DNA of 64,000 nt, taken from the IMG/VR virus record IMGVR_UViG_3300014969_000019, positions 3,145-67,144 of that record. One strand, written 5' to 3'. Below are positions 9,804 to 19,816 of the stretch, piece by piece. The notes beneath the pieces were generated by a model that saw only the letters and a program-made list of their open reading frames with translations, was not told where the DNA came from and did no database searches. This stretch comes from a virus (lineage: Duplodnaviria; Caudoviricetes). A program made the translations under genes and the position numbers. Position 1 is the first letter of the stretch, and every line of letters starts with the position of its first letter.

Positions 9804-11277
9804 AACAGACGACGAGCTGTACGAGGTAGTCAAGGCCCTGTGGGGGATCACCATCCCTCGGCACAAGGTCTGCTCAGACCACGACGCTCCCTTCGACGCC
9901 TTCGCCACCGCCTACTTCAACCGAGAGCCGCAGATCTTGATCCACGGCTCTCGTGGCCTGTCAGGGAAGTCCAGGCTGCTGTCCATCCTGGGGCTGACCG
10001 TGGCCGCCATCCAGGGGTCCGACGTGAACATCGTCGGCGGCTCGCTGAACCAGTCGATCAACATCCACAACACCATTCGCGACGCCTGGGAGCACTCGAA
10101 CGCTCCGAGCTACCTGGTGAAGGAGGAGTCGGCGACCAAGATCAAGCTCACCAACAAGGCCACGATCATGCCGCTCACGGCCTCCCAGAAGACGGTCCGA
10201 GGCCCGCACCCGCCGACCCTGCTGCTGGACGAGATCGACGAGATGGACCAGGCCATCTTCGATGCGGCCAAGGGCCAGCCGATGCCGCAGAAGAACTGGC
10301 AGGGCGACATCATCCGGCCTCGGACGGCGATGTCCTCGACCTGGCAGTACCCCGACAAGACCTTCGCGCACGAGTACGCGCGGTTCCAGGAGGAGGAGCT
10401 GCCGATCTTCACCTGGTGCTACAAGGACACCTCCAACCCGATCGACGGCTGGCTGGACCAGGAGACCATCGACCAGAAGCGTCGTGAGATCCCCGCCGAG
10501 ATGTGGCGTGTGGAGTACGACCTGGGTGAGCCCAGCATCGGCTCTCGTGCGATCGACTCCGAGGCCGTGGAGAAGATGTTCGACCTGCCCGAGGAGTCCA
10601 TCCGGCAGAGCGTGAGCAAGGAGCGCCAGACCTACCGGTTCGAGGAGCCGAAGCCCGACGCGGAGTACGTGATCGGCGCGGACTGGGCCAAGGAGCAGGA
10701 CTGGACGGTGATCACGGTGGCCGACGTGAGCCGGTTCCCCTGCCGGGTCGTGCACTGGTCCCGGATGCGCCGGCTGCCCTACCCGGTGATGATCGGGGAG
10801 TTCAACCGGCTGATGAAGGAGTACAACGCCGAGGGCATCCACGACGCGACCGGGCTGGGTGGAGTGGTGGCCGACTACATCGACCGTCGCGCGCGCGGGT
10901 TCCTGATGACCGGAGCCCAGCGGGACAACATGCTGAGCGAGTACGTGAGCTCGATCGAGAACCACCGCTGGCTGGCCCCGCGGGTGCCGGTCTTCTACAA
11001 GGCCCATCTGTACGCCTCGGTGGACATGCTCTACGCGCGCGGGAAGGAGTTCCACCTCCCGGACGAGATCTGCTCGATGGCGCTGTGCTACCGGCTGGTC
11101 TCCAAGCGGGCGATCCCGGCGCACCCGATCGTGATCCCTGGCGACGACGGCCCGACCTTCATCGAGGAGGAGATGCGCAACAACCGCGACTCCGACCGGA
11201 AGCCCGGCAAGTGGGTCGTGGGCAGCGTGAAGAACAAGTCCCAGGAGGTCGCTGAGGAACTCGACCTGATGGTGTGA
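9775..11277 (+). CDS. terL: Terminase large subunit
   Basis: Walker A-like GSRGLSGKS, Walker B LLLDE, nuclease motif YVIGADWAK...D; immediately upstream of portal. Confidence 0.92.
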   Translation: MSIILNRGPRTDDELYEVVKALWGITIPRHKVCSDHDAPFDAFATAYFNREPQILIHGSRGLSGKSRLLSILGLTVAAIQGSDVNIVGGSLNQSINIHNTIRDAWEHSNAPSYLVKEESATKIKLTNKATIMPLTASQKTVRGPHPPTLLLDEIDEMDQAIFDAAKGQPMPQKNWQGDIIRPRTAMSSTWQYPDKTFAHEYARFQEEELPIFTWCYKDTSNPIDGWLDQETIDQKRREIPAEMWRVEYDLGEPSIGSRAIDSEAVEKMFDLPEESIRQSVSKERQTYRFEEPKPDAEYVIGADWAKEQDWTVITVADVSRFPCRVVHWSRMRRLPYPVMIGEFNRLMKEYNAEGIHDATGLGGVVADYIDRRARGFLMTGAQRDNMLSEYVSSIENHRWLAPRVPVFYKAHLYASVDMLYARGKEFHLPDEICSMALCYRLVSKRAIPAHPIVIPGDDGPTFIEEEMRNNRDSDRKPGKWVVGSVKNKSQEVAEELDLMV

Positions 11278-11298
11278 CACCGATGGGAGACTGAAGGC

Positions 11299-13161
11299 AT
11301 GGCTGACGTGAGGCTCCCGCAGGGGGACATCTCCACCTGGGACGAGGACAACGCGGGCGACGAGGTCCCCCAGCGCGTCGGCCCGATGGAGGAACTCGGT
11401 GTCTCCGGCCTGAAGCGGATGTCGGGCTACGTCGACGAGGAGTTCCTCCCCGCGCTGCGTGGTCGCAAGGCGGTCCGGGTCTACCGGGAGATGTCGTCGA
11501 ACGACTCCATGGTCGGCGCGCTGCTGTTCAGCATCGACAAGCTGATCCGCGAGGTGGAGTGGAAGGTGCTCCCGCCGGAGGGCGGCAAGGAGGGCGAGCA
11601 GGCCCAGGAGTTCCTCGAACAGTGCATGGAGGACATGTCCCACAGCTGGGACGACCTGATCGGCGAGATCCTCTCGATGATGACCTACGGCTGGTCCTGG
11701 CACGAGATCGTCTACAAGAAGCGGATCGGGCCCTGGGAGAGGGACCCGAAGAAGCGCTCGAAGTTCACCGACGGCAAGATCGGCTGGCGGAAGATGCCGA
11801 TCCGCGCGCAGGAGACCCTGCTGCGCTGGTCCTTCGACGAGACCGGTGGGATCCGGGCGATGGTGCAGATGGCCCCGCCGAGGTACCAGACCACGGTACT
11901 GCCGATCGAGAAGAGCATCCTGTTCCGCACCTCGATCGCCAAGGGCAACCCGGAGGGCCTCTCCCTGCTCCGGTCCTCCTACCGCTCCTGGTACTTCAAG
12001 AAGCGCCTGGAGGAGTTCGAGGCGATCGGCGTCGAGCGCGACCTGGCCGGCATGCCGGTGGGACGAGTGCCTGCCGACTACCTGACCGCGGCCAAGGGCA
12101 CCCCTCAGGCCAAGACCGTGGACGCCTTCAAGAAGATGGTGCGCGGGGTCAGGCGGGACGAGAACGAGGGCCTGGTGCTGCCCACCCAGTACGACCCGGA
12201 CACCAAGCAGCCGCTGTTCGACTTCGAGCTGATGAGTTCCGGGGGCACCCGCCAGTTCGACACGAACAGCATCATCAACCGCTACGAGCAGCGGATCCTG
12301 ATGGCCGTGCTGGCTGACTTCATCCTGGTCGGGCACGAGGACACCGGCTCCTACTCCCTGCATACCGACAAGACCGGCATCTTCCGGGCAGCCCTGAACG
12401 CGATCACCAAGACGATCGCGGACACCTTGAACCGGTACGCCGTGCCCCGGCTGTTCGCGGTGAACGGCTGGAAGCTCGACGAGCTCCCCCGGTTCGAGCC
12501 CACCAACGTGGACCCGCCGGCGCTGGACCAGCTGGCCGCCTTCATCAGCAGCACGGCGGGTGCCGGCATGCAGTGGTTCCCGGACCCGGAGCTGGAGAAG
12601 TACATCCGCGAGATCGCGCGCCTGCCGGAGATGACGGATGAGGATGTCGACTACAAGCGGATCATGCTGGAGCAGCAGCAGGCCATGGAGTACGGCTCGA
12701 ACCAGATGGAGCTGATGGGGCTGCAGCAGAAGGCCGAGATGACGGCTCAGGGGATGACCCCGGAGCAGGCCCAGATCCACTCCGAGACCCCGCACCCGGA
12801 GACGGCGATGGCCCAGACGGAGCAGGCCCAGATGCAGGCTCAGGCCACCAACATGCCGCCGCCCGAGGACCCGAACGCAGGACCGCAGCACGCGCGCGAG
12901 AAGGAGAAGCTGCTGCTGGCCGACAAGACCGCTGCCAGCGCGCACTCGCGCGAGAAGGAGAAGATGAGGCTGGCCGACACGATGGCCAACCGGGACCACA
13001 AGCGGACCAAGGAGCAGATCCGGGTGAAGGACAGCTCGGCTGCGAAGAACGCCAAGCTGAAGATCCAGCAGCAGAAGGCCGCTGGACCGGCCAAGGCGCT
13101 GGCTGCGAAGAAGACCGCGAAGACGGCCAAGAAGCCGCCGCCGAAGAAGAAGGGGCGTTGA
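11299..13161 (+). CDS. Portal protein with Gln/Lys-rich C-terminal extension
   Basis: Follows terL; 620 aa; GNPEGLSLLRSSYRSWYFKK and GIERDLAGMP-like motifs of Mu gp29/DUF935-type portals. Confidence 0.88.
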   Translation: MADVRLPQGDISTWDEDNAGDEVPQRVGPMEELGVSGLKRMSGYVDEEFLPALRGRKAVRVYREMSSNDSMVGALLFSIDKLIREVEWKVLPPEGGKEGEQAQEFLEQCMEDMSHSWDDLIGEILSMMTYGWSWHEIVYKKRIGPWERDPKKRSKFTDGKIGWRKMPIRAQETLLRWSFDETGGIRAMVQMAPPRYQTTVLPIEKSILFRTSIAKGNPEGLSLLRSSYRSWYFKKRLEEFEAIGVERDLAGMPVGRVPADYLTAAKGTPQAKTVDAFKKMVRGVRRDENEGLVLPTQYDPDTKQPLFDFELMSSGGTRQFDTNSIINRYEQRILMAVLADFILVGHEDTGSYSLHTDKTGIFRAALNAITKTIADTLNRYAVPRLFAVNGWKLDELPRFEPTNVDPPALDQLAAFISSTAGAGMQWFPDPELEKYIREIARLPEMTDEDVDYKRIMLEQQQAMEYGSNQMELMGLQQKAEMTAQGMTPEQAQIHSETPHPETAMAQTEQAQMQAQATNMPPPEDPNAGPQHAREKEKLLLADKTAASAHSREKEKMRLADTMANRDHKRTKEQIRVKDSSAAKNAKLKIQQQKAAGPAKALAAKKTAKTAKKPPPKKKGR

Positions 13162-13162
13162 G

Positions 13163-16100
13163 ATGCCGTACAAGAGCGCGGCTCAGCGCGGGTACCTGCA
13201 CGCTCGTCACCCGGAGATCGCAGCCAGGTGGGACGCTGAGATCCGCGGCAAGAAGAAGCGGATCAAGAAGAGCGGCACCGATCTGTTCGAGTTCGAGACT
13301 GAGGATGGCCGAACCCTGCACGACGAGCACATCGTCCCGGGCGTGCGTGAGGTCTACGACCCCGAGTCAGGAGACCATGTGGAGTTCCATGACGGTGAGG
13401 GGAACACCCTGACCAAGCGACAGGCCCAGACCCGGATCCGGAAGTACAAGCGGGACAAGGCGGGGAAGTTCTCCAAGATGAGCGCCAAGGACTCAGGCTG
13501 GCTGAAGGCGATCGCGGCTGGTACTGCCGCGGGTGCCCTGGCCAACCAGTTCCCGCGCGTGCAGGACGTCGAGCGGAACCGGCGGAAGAAGAAGGGCGTG
13601 GTCAAGAAGATGCTGCTCCCGGCCTCTGCTGACCCGGACTTCAACCAGGAGGCCGCTCAGCGGGCGTTCGACCTGGTGATGAAGATGGACGACGACACCG
13701 CCGAGATGTTCACCCACATCCTGGTGACCGAGCTGTTCACCGACGACATCGAGAAGAACCTCGGCACCCTGCAGCGTCACCTCGATGACGTGATCTCCAA
13801 GCAGCTGGATGGCCTGAAGAAGGCCCACCTCCGACTGGTGTCGAAGGGGATGGACAACGAGCAGGCGGTGGCCTACGCGCAGGCGCTGGCGCTGTTCTCC
13901 AAGGCTGTGGAGTGGGAGTCGAAGGAGCACCCGCGTGGGGCGAGCGGTCGGTTCCGGACCAAAGTCACCCACAACCAGGTCAAGGAGCTGCACCCGAAGA
14001 CGGCAGGAACACTCGGCATCGCGGCAGTTCCTGAGGGTCTGAAGGGGAAGGACCGGCCCAAGTTCCAGGACGAGTACCGGCAGCTGGCCGACTTCCTCTC
14101 CTCGGTGAACCAGTCCACAGGTGGCCATGGCAACCACGAGGTGACCCTGCACTTCCAGGACAGGGCAGGTCGTCAGTTCACTGACCGGATGACTGGCACG
14201 GTGCCGCCGACCGAACACCTGGCCAACCCCGACCTGACTCTGATCGGAGCCGAGGCGAAGCCGACCACGCTCACTGCGGGTGGTGCTGCCTTCGGTCTGG
14301 CTGGAGCCATGGGCGCGAACATGTCCCCGTCCCAGGTCGGGGTGGTGAACCGTGTCGACCAGAAGGGTGGTGCGTTCGCCGACCAGTGGACCAGTGCTGG
14401 GGACGATTTGCACTCGAACGCCAAGCTCTACGGCCGAACCAAGGCGACCGGTGAGTTCCTGAGCGCAGTCGGTCCTCCGGGGTCCAAGGCTCAGCTGGCC
14501 GGCAAGTTCGCCGAGATCGTGGGGAACGCGGGCCCGCAGGCCGAGAACGTGCTGGGCCCCACGGCCCGGAAGACCGCCTACCGGTACCGGGGCACCGAGA
14601 AGACCCCGGACCGCGAGCTCGTGCGCGAGTACGGGGTGGGCATCGAGCAGGGCAAGCTGCAGACCGAGGGAGAGGTTCCCGTCGGTCGGATGGGTGCTCG
14701 ACGGGTCGCTGCAGCCGACCGCGCACCCACCTGGGACGAGCGGGAGCTGGGTCGCCGTGCGGTGCTGACGAGCCTGCGGGAGACACTGCCCAGTCAGGGG
14801 CTCTACGCCCTGCAGCTGGCCTCGGGGAACACTCCTCCGTCCGAGGGCGTGATCATCAACTCCAACGGCCAGCTGGCCACCCAGGCAGTGGGCTACGCCG
14901 ATGACCACTACCTCCCGTTCAACCTGAAGAACCTGAAGTCGCTGAAGGGTGGGGAGTACATCCGGACTCGCTCGGTGGGTGGGCTGACTGCTGAGGATGT
15001 CTACGCCGGACTGGTCTCGGGTGCGCGCCAGGTGACGGTGACCTCACGCTCGGGCACGTTCACGATGACCTTCGAGGACGACTTCCGCGGTGGGCGTCGG
15101 CACTCGGACAAGGCGCGTCGGATGACCCGTCGCTACGAGCAGATCCTGGACGCGGTGCAGTCCGGGCAGGTGGAGCGGGCTCAGATCCCGCCCGAGATCA
15201 AGGCCACCATCCAGCGCCAGGTCCGGGAGCAGAACCCGGGCGAGGGCAACGTGACGATCCGGAACATCATCAAGGAGCGGGAGAAGGAGTACCGGGAGGA
15301 CCCGGAGCTCAGCGATGTCGACGAGCAGGCCGCTCGACACCTGGCCCTCGCTCGGTTCAACGACGACAACTCCCCGGAGTCCAAGGCCTTCATCCGGCAG
15401 CGCCTGAACGACCTACAGCGGAAGAAGCAGGTCAACTGGCAGCTGAACGGGGATGGGTACGAGGCTGCACTGACTGCTCTGGCCGAGCAGTTCCCGTACT
15501 ACATCAAGACCGACTCGCACGTCCTGGACGACGAGGACAAGACCAGCCTGGAGCCGGACCGCGGCTACGTGGAGCCCGGTCGGAACCGTCCCACCGCCGC
15601 TCGTGGTGTGGGCCTGTACGGGACCAAGATCAACCCCGGGCTGAAGCGAGAGGGGCTGGGGGCCTCCACTGCCTCGCACGCGGACTACCAGCGCGGTCGG
15701 TTCCCGACCCGCTCGAAGGAGCCCGAGGCCGAGAAGACCGAGGAAGAGAAGAAGGCAGCCGAGAAGGACTCGCCCAAGAAGTTCGCCGCCCAGGTGGCTC
15801 AGGACATCAAGCACCGGACCGCTGCCGACGCGCTGCACGAGGCGCTGTTCACGGGGCTGGAGGCGAAGACTGTCCACGCCGACGTCGGAAACGCCTACCC
15901 CTGGCTGAAGGACCGGGATGAGTACAACCGGATGATGGAGGGCATGGAGGGCCCGGCTGCGGTGGACACCCTGGTGGCCGGTCTAGACACGAACCTGAGC
16001 GCCTTCCCCAAGGGTGTCCAGGACGCGGTGAAGGCCTGGAAGATCTCCGGAACGGCCATCGGTGACCAGAAGTTCGTGGCTGGCCGCTGGCCCACCTCTC

Positions 16101-16825
16101 CGATCCCGTTCCCGGGTCCGGCCTACCAGAAGGGTGCTCCCCTGGAGACCCAGCAGGCCGAGTTCCGCCGGATCAACTCCGAGTACGGACGGAGCCTGAA
16201 GTTCGGTGGCAACATCGGCTCACTGAACGACCAGCAGCTGAAGCAGGAGCACGACTCTCTGGTGGGCGTGCTGCGCGCGATCCGACAGAACCCGGAGGTG
16301 GTGCAGGCCACCAACGAGCAGGGCGCTCAGACACGTCGGGCGATCGCTGCGACGTTCTACGAAAGCGCTGCTCCGGACACGGTGGAGATCCTGATGAGGC
16401 GTCCCGAGCAGATCGAGCGGAAGATGCTGGACCTCCAGCAGATGCGGGCCCTGAAGGCGATCGGGTCCTGGCCGGAGGGCGCGGAGTACCAGCACACCGC
16501 TCGGACTCCAGAGGCGCTGAACGAGGCCAAGCCGGCCACGCCGATTTTCGGCGACCAGGGCACCGACATCGTCGACGCCGAGGTGGTCGAGGAGCGTGAG
16601 CCGGTCGACGAGCGCGCGCGCGCGGTCATGCTGCGGGAGCAGAACGCTCGTCTGGTGCGTGCAGCCGGGGCACGGCTGGCGCAGAAGCCGGAGTCGGAGT
16701 GGACCGAGAACGAGCACGAGCTGAAGAGCGCGCTGGAGGACTACGCCGAGAACCCCCCGACCGACAGCGGTGAGCTGGAGGCGGCCCATGAGCACATGTA
16801 CGACCTGCACCGCCGGTCCTACTGA
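13163..16825 (+). CDS. Large multi-module head-associated protein (1220 aa), function unknown
   Basis: Long ORF coupled between portal and MuF; MPYKSAAQR N-terminal module, EHPRG..GRF motif, JAB-like segment. Confidence 0.8.
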   Translation: MPYKSAAQRGYLHARHPEIAARWDAEIRGKKKRIKKSGTDLFEFETEDGRTLHDEHIVPGVREVYDPESGDHVEFHDGEGNTLTKRQAQTRIRKYKRDKAGKFSKMSAKDSGWLKAIAAGTAAGALANQFPRVQDVERNRRKKKGVVKKMLLPASADPDFNQEAAQRAFDLVMKMDDDTAEMFTHILVTELFTDDIEKNLGTLQRHLDDVISKQLDGLKKAHLRLVSKGMDNEQAVAYAQALALFSKAVEWESKEHPRGASGRFRTKVTHNQVKELHPKTAGTLGIAAVPEGLKGKDRPKFQDEYRQLADFLSSVNQSTGGHGNHEVTLHFQDRAGRQFTDRMTGTVPPTEHLANPDLTLIGAEAKPTTLTAGGAAFGLAGAMGANMSPSQVGVVNRVDQKGGAFADQWTSAGDDLHSNAKLYGRTKATGEFLSAVGPPGSKAQLAGKFAEIVGNAGPQAENVLGPTARKTAYRYRGTEKTPDRELVREYGVGIEQGKLQTEGEVPVGRMGARRVAAADRAPTWDERELGRRAVLTSLRETLPSQGLYALQLASGNTPPSEGVIINSNGQLATQAVGYADDHYLPFNLKNLKSLKGGEYIRTRSVGGLTAEDVYAGLVSGARQVTVTSRSGTFTMTFEDDFRGGRRHSDKARRMTRRYEQILDAVQSGQVERAQIPPEIKATIQRQVREQNPGEGNVTIRNIIKEREKEYREDPELSDVDEQAARHLALARFNDDNSPESKAFIRQRLNDLQRKKQVNWQLNGDGYEAALTALAEQFPYYIKTDSHVLDDEDKTSLEPDRGYVEPGRNRPTAARGVGLYGTKINPGLKREGLGASTASHADYQRGRFPTRSKEPEAEKTEEEKKAAEKDSPKKFAAQVAQDIKHRTAADALHEALFTGLEAKTVHADVGNAYPWLKDRDEYNRMMEGMEGPAAVDTLVAGLDTNLSAFPKGVQDAVKAWKISGTAIGDQKFVAGRWPTSPIPFPGPAYQKGAPLETQQAEFRRINSEYGRSLKFGGNIGSLNDQQLKQEHDSLVGVLRAIRQNPEVVQATNEQGAQTRRAIAATFYESAAPDTVEILMRRPEQIERKMLDLQQMRALKAIGSWPEGAEYQHTARTPEALNEAKPATPIFGDQGTDIVDAEVVEEREPVDERARAVMLREQNARLVRAAGARLAQKPESEWTENEHELKSALEDYAENPPTDSGELEAAHEHMYDLHRRSY

Positions 16826-18768
16826 TGACCACCACCCCGTACGTCGAGCTCAGGTACAACCCGACTGACCTGCGGCCTCGGGACCTGCCCAAGATCGGGG
16901 AGTTCCTGGGGACTCCCTCAGACGCGATCCAGGCTGCCCTGATGGCTGCTCGGATGCGGATGATCTACGAGATGAAGACCGAGGTCCGCGGGCTGGTGGA
17001 GCCGACGGAGGCCTCGCTGCTGCGGGCTGCTGACCTGGCCTGGCAGGCGGTGTTCTGGCGGTACCGGAAGATCTCCGCCCCGATGATGGCTGACGCCTAC
17101 ATCCGCGCGTACCGGGCAGCTGGTGCCGGCGATGTCCCGATGAGCGTGATCTACGACCTGGCCGACAAGCACGCGGAGAAGATCGGGGACTACTTCCACG
17201 GCACCTCCAGAGACGCCCTGGCCCAGGGCTTCAACACCCTGGTCAACCGGCGGATCCCGGCCAAGGCCGCTGCTGACCGAGTCCTGGATGCCTACGGGCT
17301 GACTCCTCGACAGATGCGCGGGTTCACCTCGAACAAGCAGCTGATGGTGCCGGTGGAGTCGGTCTCTCCGTTCGACGTGAAGGCTCGCGCGCGGGCCTAC
17401 ATCGACAAGTCCTTCACCACCCGAGTCCGGAAACTGGCTCGCCAGGAGGAGCACAACATCGACGAACAGGCCAAGCAGTTCGCCTGGATGTGGATGCAGG
17501 ACAAGGGTCAGCTCAACAAGAAGGCCCAGAAGATCTGGATCACTGCCAAGGACGAGCGGGTCTGCCCGGTGTGCGGTCCTCTTCACGGTCAGAAGGTGGG
17601 GATCAACGAACAGTTCAAGACCCACGTCGGACAGTTCTGGACACCCGGCCTGCACCCGAACTGCCGGTGCGTGGTGCGGCTGATCGAGAACCGGTTCTCC
17701 AAGGCCGACGATGACTGGGACCCTGATGAGCACCCGCGCGGGGGAGACCCGGAGAACCGAGGCCGGTTCTCCCGAGTGGCGGACCGACCGACTGGTCCGG
17801 TGATCAACATCGCCGAACCGGATGTGATCGAGCAGGCTCCGCCGCCGGCCAACTTCGCGCCTGGGGCGATGGCCAACATCGCGAGAGGTGCACTGCGCCC
17901 GGTGACGGCCAACCTGGTAGCTCCTGCGAACATCGCCGCGCCCGCGAACATCTCCGTCGAGGCGGCCAACATCGTGTCGGCAGCAGCCAACATCGAGACA
18001 CCGCAGGCGACCATCCTGGGGCTGGCGTTGCCGACCGTGACGGCTCCGAAGGTCGCCGAAGTCACGGTGATTCAGAACCCCAAGAAGAAGACCAAGATGG
18101 TCCCGTACGAAGAGGTCAGGGACCTGGACGAGCCTTACTACAAGGTGGTCTCCGGCAGCCCGGCGTTCCAGCAGTTCGACCAGGAGGTCTTCTCCGCTGA
18201 CCGAGACCAGGTGATCCTGGACGCTGCCTCGGTCCGAGAGGCTGCGATCGAAGAGATGATGGACCACCACGTCGTGGATGGGGTGGTGAAGTTCAAGGAG
18301 GCGCACTCCAGCTACGGCATCCCGCTGGAGGCCCGGATCCCGTCGGAGGAGTTCCGCAACATCCTGGAGGTCCTGGCTCAGCACAGCACCTCCGAGCCTC
18401 CCAACGACGCGCTGATCGAGGTGGAGTACTTCGACCCGGACGGCTACTACACCGACCCGCCGACAGAGACGCAGGGGAAGACGGTGCTGGACATCGCGCA
18501 CGCGCTCGGGGTGGATCCCGATCACCTGGCTGTGTACGTGGCCAAGCTGGACCGGGTGCACTCAGAGAACGTGGGCCGCGGGACGGCCCAGCGTCAGCAG
18601 ATCGCGGGGCATGTCTACGACGAGTACTCGATCACCGGGGACTACCGGATAAGCGACTGGGAGCCGGAGTACGAGGAGGGCACTGGGACTCCGGTGGGGA
18701 TGGACATCGTCTCGATCGAGCCGCACGATCCGGTGACCGGGTTCTTCGAGGAAGACGTCCGCGACTAG
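16825..18768 (+). CDS. MuF-like minor capsid protein with C-terminal extension
   Basis: WITAKDERVCPVCGPLHG...HPNCRC is the MuF signature. Confidence 0.88.
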   Translation: MTTTPYVELRYNPTDLRPRDLPKIGEFLGTPSDAIQAALMAARMRMIYEMKTEVRGLVEPTEASLLRAADLAWQAVFWRYRKISAPMMADAYIRAYRAAGAGDVPMSVIYDLADKHAEKIGDYFHGTSRDALAQGFNTLVNRRIPAKAAADRVLDAYGLTPRQMRGFTSNKQLMVPVESVSPFDVKARARAYIDKSFTTRVRKLARQEEHNIDEQAKQFAWMWMQDKGQLNKKAQKIWITAKDERVCPVCGPLHGQKVGINEQFKTHVGQFWTPGLHPNCRCVVRLIENRFSKADDDWDPDEHPRGGDPENRGRFSRVADRPTGPVINIAEPDVIEQAPPPANFAPGAMANIARGALRPVTANLVAPANIAAPANISVEAANIVSAAANIETPQATILGLALPTVTAPKVAEVTVIQNPKKKTKMVPYEEVRDLDEPYYKVVSGSPAFQQFDQEVFSADRDQVILDAASVREAAIEEMMDHHVVDGVVKFKEAHSSYGIPLEARIPSEEFRNILEVLAQHSTSEPPNDALIEVEYFDPDGYYTDPPTETQGKTVLDIAHALGVDPDHLAVYVAKLDRVHSENVGRGTAQRQQIAGHVYDEYSITGDYRISDWEPEYEEGTGTPVGMDIVSIEPHDPVTGFFEEDVRD

Positions 18769-18790
18769 CGCAGGTGAGGACGATGGTGAC

Positions 18791-19816
18791 ATGAGCGACA
18801 TCCACAAGCTGCTGGCCACGGACGACACGTTCCGTGAGGTCGCCGACCTGCTCTTCGGTGGTGGCGGAGACGAGCTCATCGCCAAGATGTCCCCGACCCA
18901 GTCCGACCTGTCCACCCACGATCGGAAGAAGCGCAAGGTCACCGCCGGTCTGAGTGCGGTGGGCGCGGCTGCTGGCGCAGCCGGACTGGGTCTGGGCGCG
19001 CACAACCTGGGACGGTCTTTCAAGGCCGCTCGGGGTGCGCAGAAGCTGGCGGGTGAGTTCCGTGCTCCGGGTGCTCGGAGGGCGGCGGCCAAGACCGCGG
19101 TGGGCAAGGAGAAGCTGGCGACTGGGCTGGTCCCGCTGGAGGTGGCCGGCCTCGGTGGTGAGCTGATGGCCACCAAGATCCTGCACGGGGACACCAAGAA
19201 GAAGGGCTCCCTGGTCAAGAAAGACCTCGGCGACATGCTGAACAACGCCAAGGAGCCGCCGACCAAGGGCAGCGTCACTCGGGCGGTGATCTCCAGCCCG
19301 AAGGCCCGGAAGAAGGGGATGCTGTACACCAAGAAGGGCGCGGGGGCGCTGAAGAAGCTCCCGAACAAGATCAAGACCACCAACGAGGTCGAGAAGTCCT
19401 ACGACGAGGTCGACGTGATCTGGGAGGGCGAGTTCGCCAAGGCCGACGCCGACAAGCAGCAGGTCTTCGGCTGGGCCAGCGTGGTGGAGGTCAACGGCGA
19501 GCCGGTGGTGGACCTGCAGGGTGACTACATCTCCTCCGACGAGATGGAGAAGGCCGGCTACGAGTACGTGATGAAGTCGCGCAGAGGCGGGGACATGCAC
19601 CTGCGTGACGACTGGAGCCCGGTCCAGAAGAGCGACATGATCGAGAGCTTCATCGTCACCGAGGAGAAGCGCGACGCGATGGGCCTCCCGGACTCGGTCC
19701 CCACGGGCTGGTGGGTCGGGTTCCAGGTCCAGGACCCCGAAGTCTGGTCCAAGGTGAAGTCCGGTGAGCGGACCGGGTTCTCCATCCACGGGCACGGGAA
19801 GCGGAGCCCGGCATGA
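18791..19816 (+). CDS. Prohead (capsid maturation) serine protease, XkdF-like, with basic N-terminal pro-region
   Basis: C-terminal ~130 aa: KQQVFGWASV...VDLQGD.I...EMEKA...GGDMH (His)...WWVGF...VWSKVKSGERTGFSIHG (Ser). Confidence 0.85.
   Translation: MSDIHKLLATDDTFREVADLLFGGGGDELIAKMSPTQSDLSTHDRKKRKVTAGLSAVGAAAGAAGLGLGAHNLGRSFKAARGAQKLAGEFRAPGARRAAAKTAVGKEKLATGLVPLEVAGLGGELMATKILHGDTKKKGSLVKKDLGDMLNNAKEPPTKGSVTRAVISSPKARKKGMLYTKKGAGALKKLPNKIKTTNEVEKSYDEVDVIWEGEFAKADADKQQVFGWASVVEVNGEPVVDLQGDYISSDEMEKAGYEYVMKSRRGGDMHLRDDWSPVQKSDMIESFIVTEEKRDAMGLPDSVPTGWWVGFQVQDPEVWSKVKSGERTGFSIHGHGKRSPA

Noticed and set aside
9961-13173. 1070-aa minus-strand ORF, and similar long antisense ORFs (4593-5924, 13493-14908, 16918-18561, 30535-33417, 43340-45097 on +)
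   Set aside because: Shadow ORFs opposite well-supported genes. High-GC codon bias removes stops from the antisense frame, and the translations are low-complexity (L/V/G/H/R) with no motifs or RBS.
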